Source: Octopus sinensis (Eukaryota). Taken from it: a stretch of 64,000 nt of DNA. A program made the translations under genes and the position numbers. Below are positions 37,801 through 51,335 of the stretch, piece by piece. The notes beneath the pieces were generated by a model. The model was not told the DNA's origin. It searched no databases and was given only the letters and a program-made list of their open reading frames with translations. Every line of letters begins with the position of its first letter. Position 1 is the stretch's first letter. Location of the stretch: contig NC_043004.1 of the NCBI RefSeq assembly GCF_006345805.1, positions 29,016,001-29,080,000 of the forward strand. The letters are read 5' to 3'.

Positions 37801-38544
37801 ATTTCCTGTTGATAGGATAGAAAACTTTTTCTTAAATTGCACTGCTGCTTTCTTAGTGGAGTATGTCTGATACTTTGAAGGAGTGGTTTTATGTTTTTGT
37901 CAGGTATACATGCAGTTCAATAGAAATTATCCAGAAGGCCTGTCCGGGGTGAACTAAGACTCGCACTCCTAAAGCCTGCTGATATCTGCTCTCAGATGAT
38001 GCACCTACCCTATGGCCATCATCTTCATTGTCGTGGATGATGTTTATCTCTTCATGTCGTGAAGTTTCCGGTTGATGGCGTTGAAGCTGTGTCTCTACAA
38101 GTCTAACCAAGGTGTCCAATAGCTTTAATTCCTTTAGCCAAATTCAGTGTGTGTTCTGGTGGGCTTTGACAAATGATATATAACAAAATTATAGCAATTA
38201 ACAATTGCTGGCTGATTTAACTATGATGCTGTTTATTTATTTTTCTTTTTACGAAAGTATAATCAAAGATAACCTATAATGGGTGATTTATGAATTTCAA
38301 AATGTACATAAGAAGCAATTGCAAACTTTCGCCCAGTACCAGCTTTTGTAGTAAAGGGTGTATAGTTGACTTCATCGCGCCTAGTACAAGAACTTCCTTT
38401 GTCGACCAGGAGGTATACAATGTAAATAATTCGATTAGAGTTTGATACTGACTGTAAAAGGACGTCACTGAATTGTACAAGGCGTAGACATATAAGACGC
38501 TTGTAGAGAAATTCAGTGAGGTGTTGACGGAACCAAACACAACA

Positions 38545-40600
38545 CTTGAATGACTCACCGAAGGAAAAACCATCCTAATTCATAAATCTTCCAAAACTAC
38601 AAACCTACAAAACTGCAGATCCGTAACACGTCTCCCTGCCGCCTACAAGGTCTTAACTGCAATAATATCACCAAGAAAGGACAGACATCTATAAGACAAC
38701 CTTTTCCAGAAGAGCAGAAGGGATGCTGCAAAGGTTTGTATGACTGTAAAGATCATTTACTGATCAACAAAGCCATAACTGAAGGCTTTCTCCGTCCGGG
38801 TTGCGGATCCGTGGAATAAGCTGCCGGACGAGATAGTGAAGCTGCCGACGACCGCTCGGTTCAAAGTCTCCCTTGACCACAAATGGCCTGAATTCTTTGC
38901 ATGAACACCACCCTGTACATAACTCCATGTCCCCCTACATGGCCTTGCTTTTTGCTTTTTGAGCCAAATAATTAATTTAACTTAACTTAGCTTAACTGCC
39001 AAAAGAAAATGATGGGTCCAAGTATGAGTTGGATCGATTACCGGAAGACTTGTGAATGTATTTCCCACACACAGATTCTTGAAACAGTAGTCATGAGCAA
39101 GGTAACACAAACAGTGATAAAATTTACAAAGCATTTAATAAATTAAAGGAATAAAATTATTTACTAACAAAAGAATTATAGCGCACGAATTTTCCAAAAT
39201 AAATATAAAATTCGGCTAATAGAAATATGCTAAAGCAGACTTGTAAAGAAGAAAACTGATTAAGAATAACAATATCATCCTAGATAAAGAAAATGAAATA
39301 AAAGAACTAGACCAAATTCAGGAATCAGTGAACACACGCAAACGAAAGAAAGGATGAAGAAAGAATATTATAAACAAAACAGATTAATACTTGAAACAGA
39401 GCTCAATATGAAAAATAAGGTAATAGGTATCAATACTTTAGCTGTCCCAGTTGTAAGTTACAGTTACAATATTCTTAACTGGACACTAAATGAACAAGCC
39501 AAACTAGACAAGAAAGCAAGAAAAATAATGACGGAATTTAGAGCACACTACCCAAAAATCTGACAGAATGGTTATATATACAACAAACTGAAGTTGTAGG
39601 AAGCCTTATATAACTAGAAAACTTCAATAAAATATCCATTATAGGACTACAGAAATCTCAAATTCAGAACCAAAGAAAGGGGACACAAAAAGCTACAAAG
39701 CACGGGCAAAGCAAAAAACTGTTTTTTATCTTCAAGGAAGCCGAAAAATGCAAGGAAAAGTTCATAATATCTGAAAACGAAAGCTACAAAGTAAAAACAC
39801 GAAACATCAAAAGTTGTAGAGCAACTAGAAGCAAAGCTAAAACTGGAACTACAAAATACCATGATAAAACGATGGCAAGAAAAGCCCGTACATGGCAAAT
39901 ACAGGGATAAGCTAAACAGGAAAGAATTAGATAAGGTAAAATCTCAACAATGGTTGAGAAGTTCGGGTCTCAAAGCAGATACTAAGGATTTTAGATTGCG
40001 GTACCACATCAAAGCTTCCCCACCAGAAACTACCAAAAAGGCATAATGAAAAAAAAATAGAATAAGTAACTTCAAAATATGTGGTGACGAGGAAGAAACA
40101 GGAAATCGTATTATCTTTGGCTGCCCAGTCCTGGCTAAGACGGAATATATCCAGACATGGTAGAGTTGGGACATATACACGGAAAGCTGTGTCAGTACTA
40201 CGGAATGACAAAAGTAAAAATAAAAGGTACTGGTATACCTCAGAAAAGGTCTCAGAAAATGACAAAGCAACACCATACTCTGGAATGTGCCAATACATAC
40301 AAATAGAAAGCTAAATAGGTCAGATATTGTTGTCAGGGGCCACCAAGAAAAGAAGTACCTTCTAATCAGCATATCAATCCCAGCAGATGACATTGTATCT
40401 CTAAAAGAAACAGATCAACTCTCGAAATGTAAAATCTGGAAACAGAGATAACCCAAATGTTGGGGCTGAAGACAGAAATAATCTCTATAATAGTAAGTGC
40501 ATTAAGCATGGTTGAAAAACCAAACATAGACAAATACGTAACCAAACCATCAGAACTTCCGATTATATATAACATACAGAAAATAGCACTGCTGGACACT
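38545..40600 (+). mobile_element. R4/Dong-type LINE, element C (RT to RLE, many stops and deletions)
   Basis: LTEGKTILIHK..YKVLTAII, FPEEQKGC..LLINKAITE, WIDYRK, INTLAVPVVSYS, WQEKPVHGKY, NRSDIVV, LLDTV. Confidence 0.88.
38785..38996 (+). mobile_element. 5'-truncated CR1 3' end inserted in the RT region of element C
   Basis: Highly similar to 17207-17440 (GCTTTCTCCGTCCGGGTTGCGGATCCGTGGAA..); removing it restores ITE-D-CQKK. Confidence 0.9.
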
Positions 40601-41270
40601 GTGAGGAAGTTAATGAAGTCAAAGCTAAATGGTCTGAATCGAGTGAAGCTGTAAATAGTTGGGTAGTATCGTTACCTAGATATTCAGCAGATTTTGTAAA
40701 CTGGATAAAATCTGGAATAGCAAATCTGGACAAAAGAACTGGATAGGAATCCGATACGAATAGAAGACTTCGTCTTATAGCAGGGGTAGCAGGATTGTAT
40801 TTACCTAGAAAGGAAGGTGGTGAAGTTTTAATGCCAATAGAAGACAATGTGGAGTACATATAGCCTCCAATGTAAGTAATAATGAGGGAATTTATTAAGA
40901 GTTGCTAGTGTAACAGTAAGAGATAGGAAAATCAAAAAGCCAAATGCAGTTAAAACCAGAAAAAGAGAAGCAAGATTATCTGACTGGCAAGAGAAGGCTT
41001 TGTATGGTAGATTTCCAAAGAGAGTTGCAGAAAAGACATAGTTGTGGTTAGAGAAAGAAAGGCTAAAAGGGAAAGAGAAAGTTTGTTAGTGCAGCACAAA
41101 ATCAGGCTTTGAGGTGTCACTGGATAAAAGCTGAGATAGACAAAAACCAGGTAGAGTTCCAGTCTAGGTTATGAAAATCAAAGTAAGAAAGTATTAAGTA
41201 TTACTCATATAGTAAATGTAGTATGCTGGCTCAGAAAGAATACAAGAAAAGACATGACAACCCAGGTTAA
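40600..41270 (+). mobile_element. Second R4/Dong-type fragment, element D, fused to the end of element C
   Basis: RKLMKSKLNG..LPRYSADFVNW..LYLPRKEGG, DWQEKALYGRF, AQNQALR, MLAQKEYKKRHDN. Confidence 0.8.
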
Positions 41271-41279
41271 ATAATTCGC

Positions 41280-41477
41280 TGTGTTATCCAAGGGAAAGGC
41301 AAAGGCCGATATAGTTTGGCACCCGTGACGTCGCAACTCATTTCCACAGCTGAGTGAACTGGAGCAACGTGAAATAAAGTGTCTTGCTCAAGAACACAAC
41401 ACGCAGCCCGATCCGGGATTCGAACTCACAACCTCACGATCATAAGCTCGACGCTCTAACCACTGAGCCATGTGCCT
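41280..41477 (-). mobile_element. tRNA-derived SINE family C
   Basis: A box TGGCTCAGTGG and B box GTTCGAATCC; GAGGTTGTGAGTTCGA resembles tRNA-Ile(UAU); continues into a non-tRNA body GTTCTTGAGCAAGACAC. Confidence 0.85.
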
Positions 41478-41485
41478 TCACATAT

Positions 41486-41572
41486 ATACATACATACATA
41501 CATACATACATACATACACACATACATACATACATACATACATACATACATACATACATACATACATACATA
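41486..41572. repeat. (CATA)n microsatellite
   Basis: Directly visible. Confidence 0.95.
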
Positions 41573-41582
41573 CCCTGTTGTT

Positions 41583-41660
41583 GATGTTGAAATCCGAATG
41601 AAGGAACCCTAAATCTACGTTGGAAACCGGCTTGAAATAAAACTGAATAATGGCTTACAT
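41583..41660 (+). mobile_element. 3' end of the unclassified repeat also seen at 2897-2984
   Basis: GGAAACCGG-CTTGAAATAAAACTGAATAA then CATACATAC. Confidence 0.55.
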
Positions 41661-42204
41661 ACATACATGTATATATAGACGTGTGTGTGTGTGTGTGCGT
41701 GCGCATGCATGTGTCCATATATATGTCTGTGTATATGCATTTATTATTCTGAATTTATCTATAGGTCTATTATCGCTGTAAATCAATATGAAATTTATGT
41801 AACATCTAGTATAAACTTCTAAAAGCTAAGGGTCTTCCCTGTTTTCTGAGAGAATACTCAAGTTAAGTAGCTGATACTTTGATCAATCGCTACTAAGCAA
41901 AATGTTAAAAGATCATTACTTTATTTATTTATTTTTGAAATTTTGTGTTTATATCAAATCATTTGCATATTTTTTGGTCAAGTTCCGTTTTACGAACCAA
42001 GCAGTCGCAACATAAATACAATTTGTTCGAGCAACAATAACATTTACAGTAAAAATAAATTCAGAGATACGCTCACACACGTAGCTCACAATTAAAACAA
42101 CGTATTTTCGCTTTTTAATGGTTATAATAGTTGTGTAAAATGCATTAAAATACTAACCATAGATGGAGAGAAATTTCCTTTCATTTTTGTTCACCGAAAG
42201 TTGA

Positions 42205-42400
42205 AAGCATGTATATCGGCTTCCGAGGAACAACATAACGCACAACAGCTGTTTGCTGGTCAACATGAGACCCGTCTGGTGTGGAATCTAGAGCAATTGA
42301 GAAATACTTCTGTTTTAAATATTTCTACAATATGATTCACATATTTTGCATTCAACTTTGGTGAACAACTTTGGTTAAAAACGAAGAAAATGCTTGTTAT
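42205..42400 (-). mobile_element. hAT transposase fragment with the first catalytic Asp
   Basis: KYFSIALDSTPDGSHVDQQTAVVRYV. Confidence 0.8.
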
Positions 42401-43149
42401 AATTATGAAGCAGTAGATCTCAGACCGTTGACACTTTTCAATGTATTTTTAGATGTATTTAATATATTTAAACACTTCTAAGATATGTCAGTAGACTAAA
42501 ACTTATAGATAAAATTGCAAACAAATAAAGCAAGATTTACCAAAAAGAAATGACAGTCAACTCCTTTAAACCACACCTATCGTTAAAAAAAGGCTCATGA
42601 GAAAACGCATACTAGTTCTGGAAATAAATCAGATGAGCATTGTTGAAATGTCTTTTATCATAGGTCTGCTCGATTGGGGCTAACATGAGGCTAAACAACT
42701 AAAATACCAACTTTTGCCGAATAATGTTATAAAGTAGTGTTATAAAGTTATAGATAATGCTATATAGTTTATAAAGAGAGTCAACGACTATTGAAAAGGT
42801 TGCAAGACGCAACGAAAATTTTAGAAAAAATAAGATAGTAAATGAGTGGAAATCGAATCGGTGCGTGTGTTAAATAATAAGACACTGAAAGAGAATGACT
42901 CTCCCCAGATACAATAAAGTTATAAAGTTTTGAAGTAAATTCTCCAGGTAAAAGATGTCCCTTAATGGAAAAGTATTTAAGACCTTAATTCAACAGATTG
43001 GAATACGATAGAATGCAGGGTGTAGTCATTGTTAATCATTGATTCTTTAGACTGAAGATATTGTATTAATCACAGTGTCCCATGCATTCGCTACATGTAT
43101 CCGATATTGTGTTTAATTGTCGAAATTAATGAATATTATGCAATATTTT

Positions 43150-44100
43150 AGTAACTTATTTGCTTTCTTCGTCGAGTTACAACAAAACCAGTCTAGCATT
43201 CAAAGCAGAGGCAATCGTGCTGCACTGTCAGAATCAATCTTTTTGCCAGTTCCTTGATCCCATGCTGATATCACTTCTGGTTTTCGAGGCGAAGAACTTT
43301 TCATTGAAGCTTTCATATCTTCTTGTAGTATCAGCTCTTGCAGACGAATGAGTTTCTGACAAAGATTTCAAAGTTAGTATTTTATTTCCTTCCAAAAATT
43401 TCATGAAATTTCCCCATTTACGTGTCAACGTGGAGAAAAGGCCTATACCTTTTGTATGAAAACAAAATAACTTCAACGCAGCAAGAAGCAGCAGCTTGAC
43501 CAACAGGATACTACGAATGACCAGCATAAGGAATGAAAACTGGAACCGAGTTATATTTTCTTTGGCTCGCATTCCTGTGTAGTGACCTGATATATTATTC
43601 GCATTGTCATAAGACTACCTGTGCAGTCTTCAAAATTTATACACTATCTTTTTCGAAATTCTTAGTCAGATGGAGCCAGCACTTCTGCTTTGTGAAAACC
43701 AGTCTTTAGGAAAGTTAAAAGCATTTCTATCGGCTTCCGAGGAACAAAATAACGCACAGTAGCTTATATTTTGCATTCAACTGAACAATTTCTTCGTAGA
43801 TGGTAGTTGATAATTATGATTGCTTACTAATTCAGGGACTGCCCAATACATTTAAGCAATCCATCAGAAATGGATTAAATTGTTCAATAAGTTCCATAAT
43901 TCCTCTAAAATTTCCGTTGAGCTTAGATCCTATAATCTTTTCACTATCCCCAAATGTTACACCTCTCTCAGCTAGAAATGGCACAGCACAATGCCATACC
44001 AGTAGTTTTTGCTTTCTCACACTTGTTTTCCAACCCCACCGGTAACGCAAGAACATTCCCTACATAAATACTGGACTGCAACACGGAATTTCTATAGCCT
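43150..44100 (-). mobile_element. Decayed hAT (ZMYM1/DUF4371-like) transposase
   Basis: FLAERGVTFG..GNFRGIMELIEQFNPFL, YDNANNISGHYTGMRAK, FIPYAGHS (CxxH position), LKSLSETHSSARAD (for TRWSAR). Confidence 0.85.
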
Positions 44101-44842
44101 TGTGTTTGTTCATGCGTTTTCCTTTTCTCCTCTGTTTTAAAGCCATTCTTGTTGGCGTGACTTCAATGTACAGTAAAAGAAATAAATTACACTCTTTGAT
44201 AAGTTGTGCAGGAGTTATTTTCTCTAACGTTGTTTACTACTGTCGTGAATAGTATAACTCATTAGATTTTTGAAGTAATAGCAGTAATGGTAGACATGTA
44301 AATGTGCAACCAAAATAAATCAAATGTTACTAGGAAAGACTTCAACTGTGGAAAATATTTTGCGAAAGTGGAAATGCTATACAGCAACACGAAAATAATA
44401 ACACCAGATTGATAGGTCAGTCTCTCGGGAGATGTTATTTTGATTGACATATAAACCTCAAAATCTTAGGATTTTGGAGAAATATTCTTCCTCTTTTTAG
44501 TATAGTAATTTCATGTGTCTGACGAACTGGAATGACGATGACCTAAAATATAATATAGAAAGGAAGAAAGAAAATAGTCGGTTTAATGTTAAAACAAAAC
44601 TTTGAACATGTCATATAACAAATTTGAAAGCTAAATAAAACTGTAAATTAAAAATTAAAATTTCGGTACATACTTACATTTTTCTCGTAAATGCGACCAG
44701 CCTCTTCAGTTCAATGTCAAAGTGAAGAAGTTTATGAATGGCAATATATTTGTGTGTGTGTGGTGTGTGTGTGTGTGCGTTGTGTGTGTGTGCGTGTTGT
44801 GCGTGTGTGTGAGAGAGAGTGTGTGTGTGTGTATGTGTGTGT

Positions 44843-44898
<56 letters not shown>

Positions 44899-45050
44899 TG
44901 TATGTGTGTGTGCATTTCAATCGCTACCTACGGAATGAATAGTCGCTTTTGGAGGTGTCGCTGTAGTGGGGAAAATGTATTTTTCTGAAGATTTTAAAAG
45001 ATTTTTAATGTAGAATTTTCAAGAAGAGGCCTTCTTCATACAAAATTACT

Positions 45051-45096
45051 GGGGCGGGGAGTGCTCTCGGTATAAAGGGCTCACTACCATGGCAAC
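45051..45096 (+). promoter_or_regulatory. Promoter-like cluster: GC box, TATAAA, half X-box/ATG
   Basis: GGGGCGGGG at 45051, TATAAA at 45071, ACCATGGCAAC at 45086. Confidence 0.3.
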
Positions 45097-45743
45097 ATTT
45101 CCCACCAGCCGATATGAGACGGTGCCGGGGAAATTACCCATTTTGCTCCTCTATAAATCAGGCTGTGTAGGACCGTGCAGATGCGTATATGCTGGACCTA
45201 TAGGAATAAAATCTAGCGTCAGCTATTCCAAGAAAACATTGTAACTGCTGATATTTACATTTCTCGTGACAGATTAAAATGAGATATAGAGCTCGGATGT
45301 ATAGAGTCCATAGATATGGCTCTTCATCCCAGGTTTCTTTCTAAGAGGCTCTCATAATGTTGGTTAGACGCAAACGCATTTAGAATCAGTGCCGAGAAAT
45401 ATTTGCATTGGTTCAGCTAATCATTCTTGGATGATGTAGCAGAGACACTTCTATTATTCCCATTGTTTCAGTTATTCTTTATCTTCTTTTCAGGACAAAA
45501 CAATCGGGCTTTCTATCACCATCAGACTGAATTTTGTCTTTGTTTTCTGTTTTTTGTAAATAGGCGCAAAACGTTTGGCATATTTCCAGCTTTCTACTTG
45601 CTCCTATGTTAAATTCTATGTCCACTGTTTTTATTATTTGCTAATTTATGTCTCAGCGTTAATATTTTTTTTATAAAACAACTCTTTACTGAATACATTT
45701 TCTTTTTCCATTGCTGTTGCTAATACTCATATAATCATTTTAA

Positions 45744-45950
45744 GCGGCGAATTGTCAGAATCGTTGGCTCACCAAACAAAATGCGCAGCGGTATTTCGTC
45801 TGTCTTTATGCTTTGAGTTCAAATTCTAGCGAGGTCGACTTTACCTTTCAAGCTTTCAGGGTTGATAAAATAAGTACCAGTTGATCACCGGGGTCGATGT
45901 AATCGACTTAATCCCTTCATCGAACTTGCTAGCCTTGTGCCAATATTTGA
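45744..45950 (+). mobile_element. SINE family A copy
   Basis: GCGGCGAATTGTCAGAATCGTTGGC head, GAGTTCAAATTC B box, GGGGTCGATGTAATCGAC. Confidence 0.88.
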
Positions 45951-47413
45951 AACTTTATGAAACTGTCTGAAAATTTCACTCTAACATTTCTTTGCAGAAA
46001 AAAAACTTTTAAATTAAGAAAATGCCTGTATAACACAGAGCTTTCTAATACATATTTAAAAGATTGTCAGTGCTTAATCTCATGATTTATCGAATATCAT
46101 TCTGTAGTTAATATTACTGAATATGTAAACGCCATAAAAAACAAACTGTACAGAATCAAATGTATTGCAGAGTCAGCTAATGAACTAATTTTCACGAATG
46201 AAGGTACTCTAGAGTCTTATCAAAAATTGGCAGCCTTGTAACCTAACGTCCAAAGGGAAAGTAGTCGCTAATTCAAGAGAAAGAATAGAACGAAGTAAGA
46301 TGACAGTTAGTGAGTGGAAGAATAGAAAGAGAGTGTAGGTAACTTGATAGAAAGCTAGAATAAAACAGCTGGCTAGAGGGGGCATATTAGGAAGTTGCTA
46401 AGGAAGCGAGAAAAAGAAAATGAGTGGCAGCTGGAATGAGTGAAGGATAAGGGAAACTAAAGCAAGAGGAAAATAAGGACAGAATCTGCTAGCAAGATAG
46501 TTTGATTTAATAATAGGCATTCCTGCAGTGCAATCGTATATTCATTAAAAAAACACAAACTGTATTTTCATTTCCGTTTGGTTTCAGTTTCGTCCATTTT
46601 GTTTACTTCCCGTTGGTTTTGCACCATCATTTTGTGAATGATCGTATATTTTTTCTCTGCCACCTTCATTTAACTTTACTGCTTTGGAATTTGGATTAGA
46701 CTAGTGTTGCACATTTTGGGCTTCTAAGAATATAATGAATAGGTTAGAAATATTTTGTTCCATTACACCTGAACGATAACAGAATTTCGACTGGAAATCT
46801 GTTTTCAAAATCAATTCAATTGGTGTATATTGAATTCATTAAAAACATAAAATATAAAAATCCTAAAAGGATTTTATGTTATATAATTGTCTTTACATTT
46901 TGTTTTTATGCAAACTGTGAAAAGTAATATATACACTGGATAGAAAATTAAATCTTGTTGAACCAAATGACGTAAATCTAATTTTTTTCAACTCTGGTAA
47001 TCCCTAACTGTGTATACCTATGATGAAATACGTTTGATCTGTGTTCCACATGCTTGTCTCTGTCCATACGATTTTAGCTTTCAGACACACCCATCTTTCT
47101 GTATATGCCGATTGTCTACAGCTTCTTCGGAGGCAAGAAACGCCATTTTGTGTCGATGGAGTCTGTTAAGCCTTGCTCTGGAAACCAAAATTCAGCTTGC
47201 TTTACGTTCTTAGCATGTTAATTTCTTAAGAACTATTAATGCTTAATACATTTTATCCGTTTTCTCTTTCAGGGTCACTAACAATAATCGCTAAGCGTTT
47301 GTTTGCCTTGTCCGTCCACAAAAATTTTTTTTAAATTCCTGATTATTATGAATGACTTTTAAATGTCGTAAAAGATGAATTCTTACACACATATACACAG
47401 ACGTTTATCTATG

Positions 47414-47448
<35 letters not shown>

Positions 47449-47461
47449 CTATATATAAATG

Positions 47462-47493
<32 letters not shown>

Positions 47494-47494
47494 C

Positions 47495-48754
47495 ATTCGG
47501 TCATCCCTTAACTAAAACGGACTTTTTAAATTGCATGAACTAAAAGTGGGAGCGGGACGGGATAAACTACCTGCATTAACTTTCTATAAAAGCAGGTAGT
47601 AATTTTTACCTTGTGCTTATTCTTAGTGCAAGTTTTGAAGAGTAGAGTTCGATTTTAACAGTTATTTTTTCAAAGCTATAATGGAAGTGACAAAGGAGCA
47701 TTTTCACCATATTTTCCTTTGTGAGTTTAATAAAGGGAACAGCGCAACGGAAAGTGTGAGGAATATTAATGCAGTATATGGGGATCGAACAATAAACGTA
47801 AGCCAGTGTCAGCGGTGGTTCCAGAAATTCCGGAAACTACAGCCTCGTCCTGGAAGATCAGTAGAGCTCGACGAGGATGTCTTGGAAACCCTGGTGGAGC
47901 AAAATCCCATCGTAATTGTTGAGGAACTAGCAGAGAAGCTTGGATTTTCTCTTTCAACCATTCATCGACACCTGCATGCCATCGGAAAAGTCAGATAATT
48001 GTGTAAGTGGGTTCCTCACGAATTTTCTGAGTCTAATCGCGTGCTGATAGTGAATGTGTGCTCTTCTTTGCCCTCACGTCTCACAAATGAACCTTTTTTG
48101 GACCGAATAGTGACTGGTGACGGGAAATGAGTGTCTATGAATATGGCAAGTGCCGAAGGCAGTGGGTAGGGAAAAGAGAAACACCGGCACCCCAGGCTAA
48201 AGAAGCTCTTCGCCCACGTAAGGTGTTTGTTGGCATATGAAAGGTTTAGTCAACTTTGAACTTTTAAACCCAAACCAAACGATAACAAAAGAGATCTTCT
48301 GCGAGTAGCTTGAGTGGCTTAAGTCAGCGCTAGAAGAAAAACGACCATCTTTGGTTTCAAGATGAAAGGCGTTCTTCCATCAGGATAATGCCTGGCCACA
48401 TATAGCGAGGGTAACATTCCAAAGGCTGGAGCAGTTTGAATGGGAAACGATGTCTCATCTACCATATTGCCGGACATTGCTCCGTTTGATTATCATTTAT
48501 ACCGCAGTCTTTAAAATCATTTGGACGGAAAAGAATTTGAATTCTGTAGGCGAGGTCAGAACAGTACTGGAGGAGTATTTTTCGTCACGGTCAAGTGAAT
48601 TTTGGAAGGGAGACCTAAAGTCTATCAGATAGATGGAAGGGGATTCTAGAAAGTGAAGGCGAGCTTATTTTAGATTAAAAAAGAACTTTATTTGTCTTAA
48701 TTTTGAAAAATAAAAGAAGTATAAAAACTGCATTATTTATGGGGATGACTGAAT
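47495..48754 (+). mobile_element. Near-full-length mariner element (about 1.26 kb), pseudogenised, both TIRs present
   Basis: HTH N-terminus (ORF 47681-47998), WVPHE, RIVTGDGK, HQDNAWPH, YCPDIAPFDY; ends ATTCGGTCATCCC.. and ..GGGGATGACTGAAT are inverted repeats in TA-rich flanks. Confidence 0.92.
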
Positions 48755-49111
48755 ATATATATATTGAGTGTGAAAAATAGTGAGGGGCGAAATATTTAAT
48801 GTTTCATATAGTTGCAGCTGTTTCATAATTTACTGTATGTTGCATGATCAACTTCGAGGCATTGGTACATGCATTGTATATATGCTGCTCACTCACATTT
48901 ATACGCACACACACACACAAGTACATTACATGTATGCATGCTTATATATATGCGTACGCATCTATGGAACTAAATGCTACGTAGATGTAAATGCCATGCG
49001 ATGTATAATGTAATACCTGTCGGTGAGTTAATTGTTTTTCAACCTCATATTTGTTCTTTAAAAATATATACTATTTGCTATTACGTATACTTAAAATCGC
49101 ACTGGTATTCT

Positions 49112-49235
49112 TTCATTCTTTAATTTGTTTCAGTCATTTGACTGCGGCCATGCTGGAGCGCCGCCTTTAGTCGAGTAAATCGACCCAGGGACCTATTCTT
49201 TGTAAGCTACATACCATACAGCCACTCCTTCACCT
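49112..49235 (-). mobile_element. SINE family B 3' remnant
   Basis: TTGTTTCAGTCATTTGACTGCGGCCATGCTGGAGCGCCGCCTTTAGTCGAG on the plus strand. Confidence 0.8.
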
Positions 49236-50293
49236 ATATTTATAATTTGTTCATATTCTGGAAATACAGTAATCTCAGTGAGGAATACCCGACTATACTA
49301 GGCGTTAATGGAGCAGATATGTCAGTCTAACTAGTTAAAGAGTTCCAGCTGGCAATGTCTAATTTGGGTAAGTGCCTAGTACTATAGCCATGTATAGAAG
49401 TGCGATTTTTAATCTAGAATGTTCTTCAAGCAATCAAGCGAAATAGAGTTAGAAGTAAATAGTGCTTGGTCTGATCACATCATAGCATTTATTATCCGTT
49501 TTCGTTGTTAATTAATGAATATAGAGTTAATTAATGAATATAGTCAAAAGATTAACTTTAAAACTGTACAGTTAGGATTGTTTATTTCCTTTCTACACTG
49601 CTTTCGTTATTTATTTATATTTTGAAACGATTAAAACAAAATATGTTATGTAATTTTGTGAATATTTGAAAAAGCATTCAGTTTATCGCATGTAATCTGG
49701 CCTTTTAACAGCCGTTGAACACTTCAGTAACAAAAATTGCAAAGAAAGTGTCGGCTCTTCCGTTACTTAGTTCAACTCTGATAAAAATTGATACATGAGA
49801 TGAATTGTCAGGCAATAAACCAGCGTTTTAGGTAAATTGTGCATAATGCATCGTATTTAGGCGATAGTGCACAGAAATTCCCTACGCAACTTCATACAGA
49901 CAATTATTTTATATTTTATGTTCTGTATATAAGTATGTAGGTATTTGCCGGTGAATATTATTGACTAGTCCTCTATTACTGCTCTTATATGCTGCTACTG
50001 CGACCAATGTATATACTTCTCTTGGTTGTTATGGCGATATACTCGTATTTAAAAAGAAATCATATCCGTTTTCGGACTAAAATGCAAAGCTTTTGAAATT
50101 CCATTGCTGTTAACTGCTTGTCTTTGCTTTCTTAAGCAACATAAGAGAATTAGAGGTAACGAGGGTTATAATATTCAAACTATTTTTGATGGCATTAACA
50201 ACAACGTTGGCATCGCAATTTTATTTAATTGGTGAATGCTTGTACAGTCTTATTAAGCAAATAGCGAAACCAATGGATTTCATATCGAATACG

Positions 50294-51335
50294 TGGCACA
50301 CATTGACCTTGAACTCTGCTGTGCATGCACACTAAGTTTAACGTTCTAGCTCACTTCTACTGTTTACAGCAGTGCTTGGAAGGAAGGAGTGTAGCGTGTG
50401 ATCGTCGCATTGACCATAATAGAGAAAGTTGAGCAAAGAATCTACATCAAATTTTGCCAAAGGCTTTGCGATACCTGTTCAGAGGCCTACGCAAGGTTGC
50501 AGAAAGAGTATGGAGAGGAGTGTATGAGCCGCACACAAATGTACGAATGATTCAAAATTTTCCAAGATGGCCGAAAAATGTCGATAGTGGCAAACGTTTT
50601 CGCTAAAACTGCTTTCAGCTGATCAAAAAGACACTAGGGTTTCAGTTGCACAAGATCTCCTTGATTGTGTTGAAAACGAAGAAAATTTTTTGAGAACGGT
50701 CATAACGAGTGATGAATCTTAGACCTCGAAACAAAGGCTCAGTCTTTGCAGTGGAAGACCACCAACCTCTCCAAGACCGAATCAATGTGAAGACACTGTT
50801 GACCGTTTTCTTCGACTACAAGTGGATTGTTCATCATAAGTATGCTCTATCTGGTGATACAGTAAATAAGGAGTACTACCGTGACGTTTTGCGGCGTTTG
50901 TGGGATGCTATTCGTCAGAAAAAAAATACACAATTGCATTTGTCCAGTGAGTAGCAATTGCACCATGACAACACATCTGCCCATTCAACGCAGCTTGTGC
51001 AGCAGTTTTTGGCTAGGCACAGCATTCTCCATGTCCGACAGCCACTGTATTCTCCAGATGTCACCCCTTACGACTTTTTCCCCTTTCCAAAAATCAAATC
51101 CTACTTGAAAGGAAGATTTCAGAACGTCGTGGAAATCAAAGTGAATGCGACGAGACAGCTACTGATTATCTCAGAAACCGAGTTTCAGGAATGCTTCCAT
51201 CAATGGAAACATCACTGCATTAAGTATGTGGCTTTCGAAGGGGACTTCTTTGAAGGAGATTAAATGCCAAATTGGTACTAGCTGTAGTTTTGTCTTTATA
51301 GCACCAGTCCGGATACTTATCGATCAGACCTCGTA
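50294..51335 (+). mobile_element. Second, unrelated mariner element; internally deleted, 3' end present, no matching 5' TIR found
   Basis: EKVEQRIYIKFCQ, FLRTVITSDES, VFFDYKWIVH, HHDNTSAH, YSPDVTPYDFF, EGDFFEGD*; ends GTCCGGATACTTATCGATCAGACCTCG-TA. Confidence 0.9.

Noticed and set aside
41400-41477. tRNA-like sequence with A and B boxes
   Set aside because: Acceptor and anticodon stems do not pair properly and it continues into a SINE body, so it is not a tRNA gene
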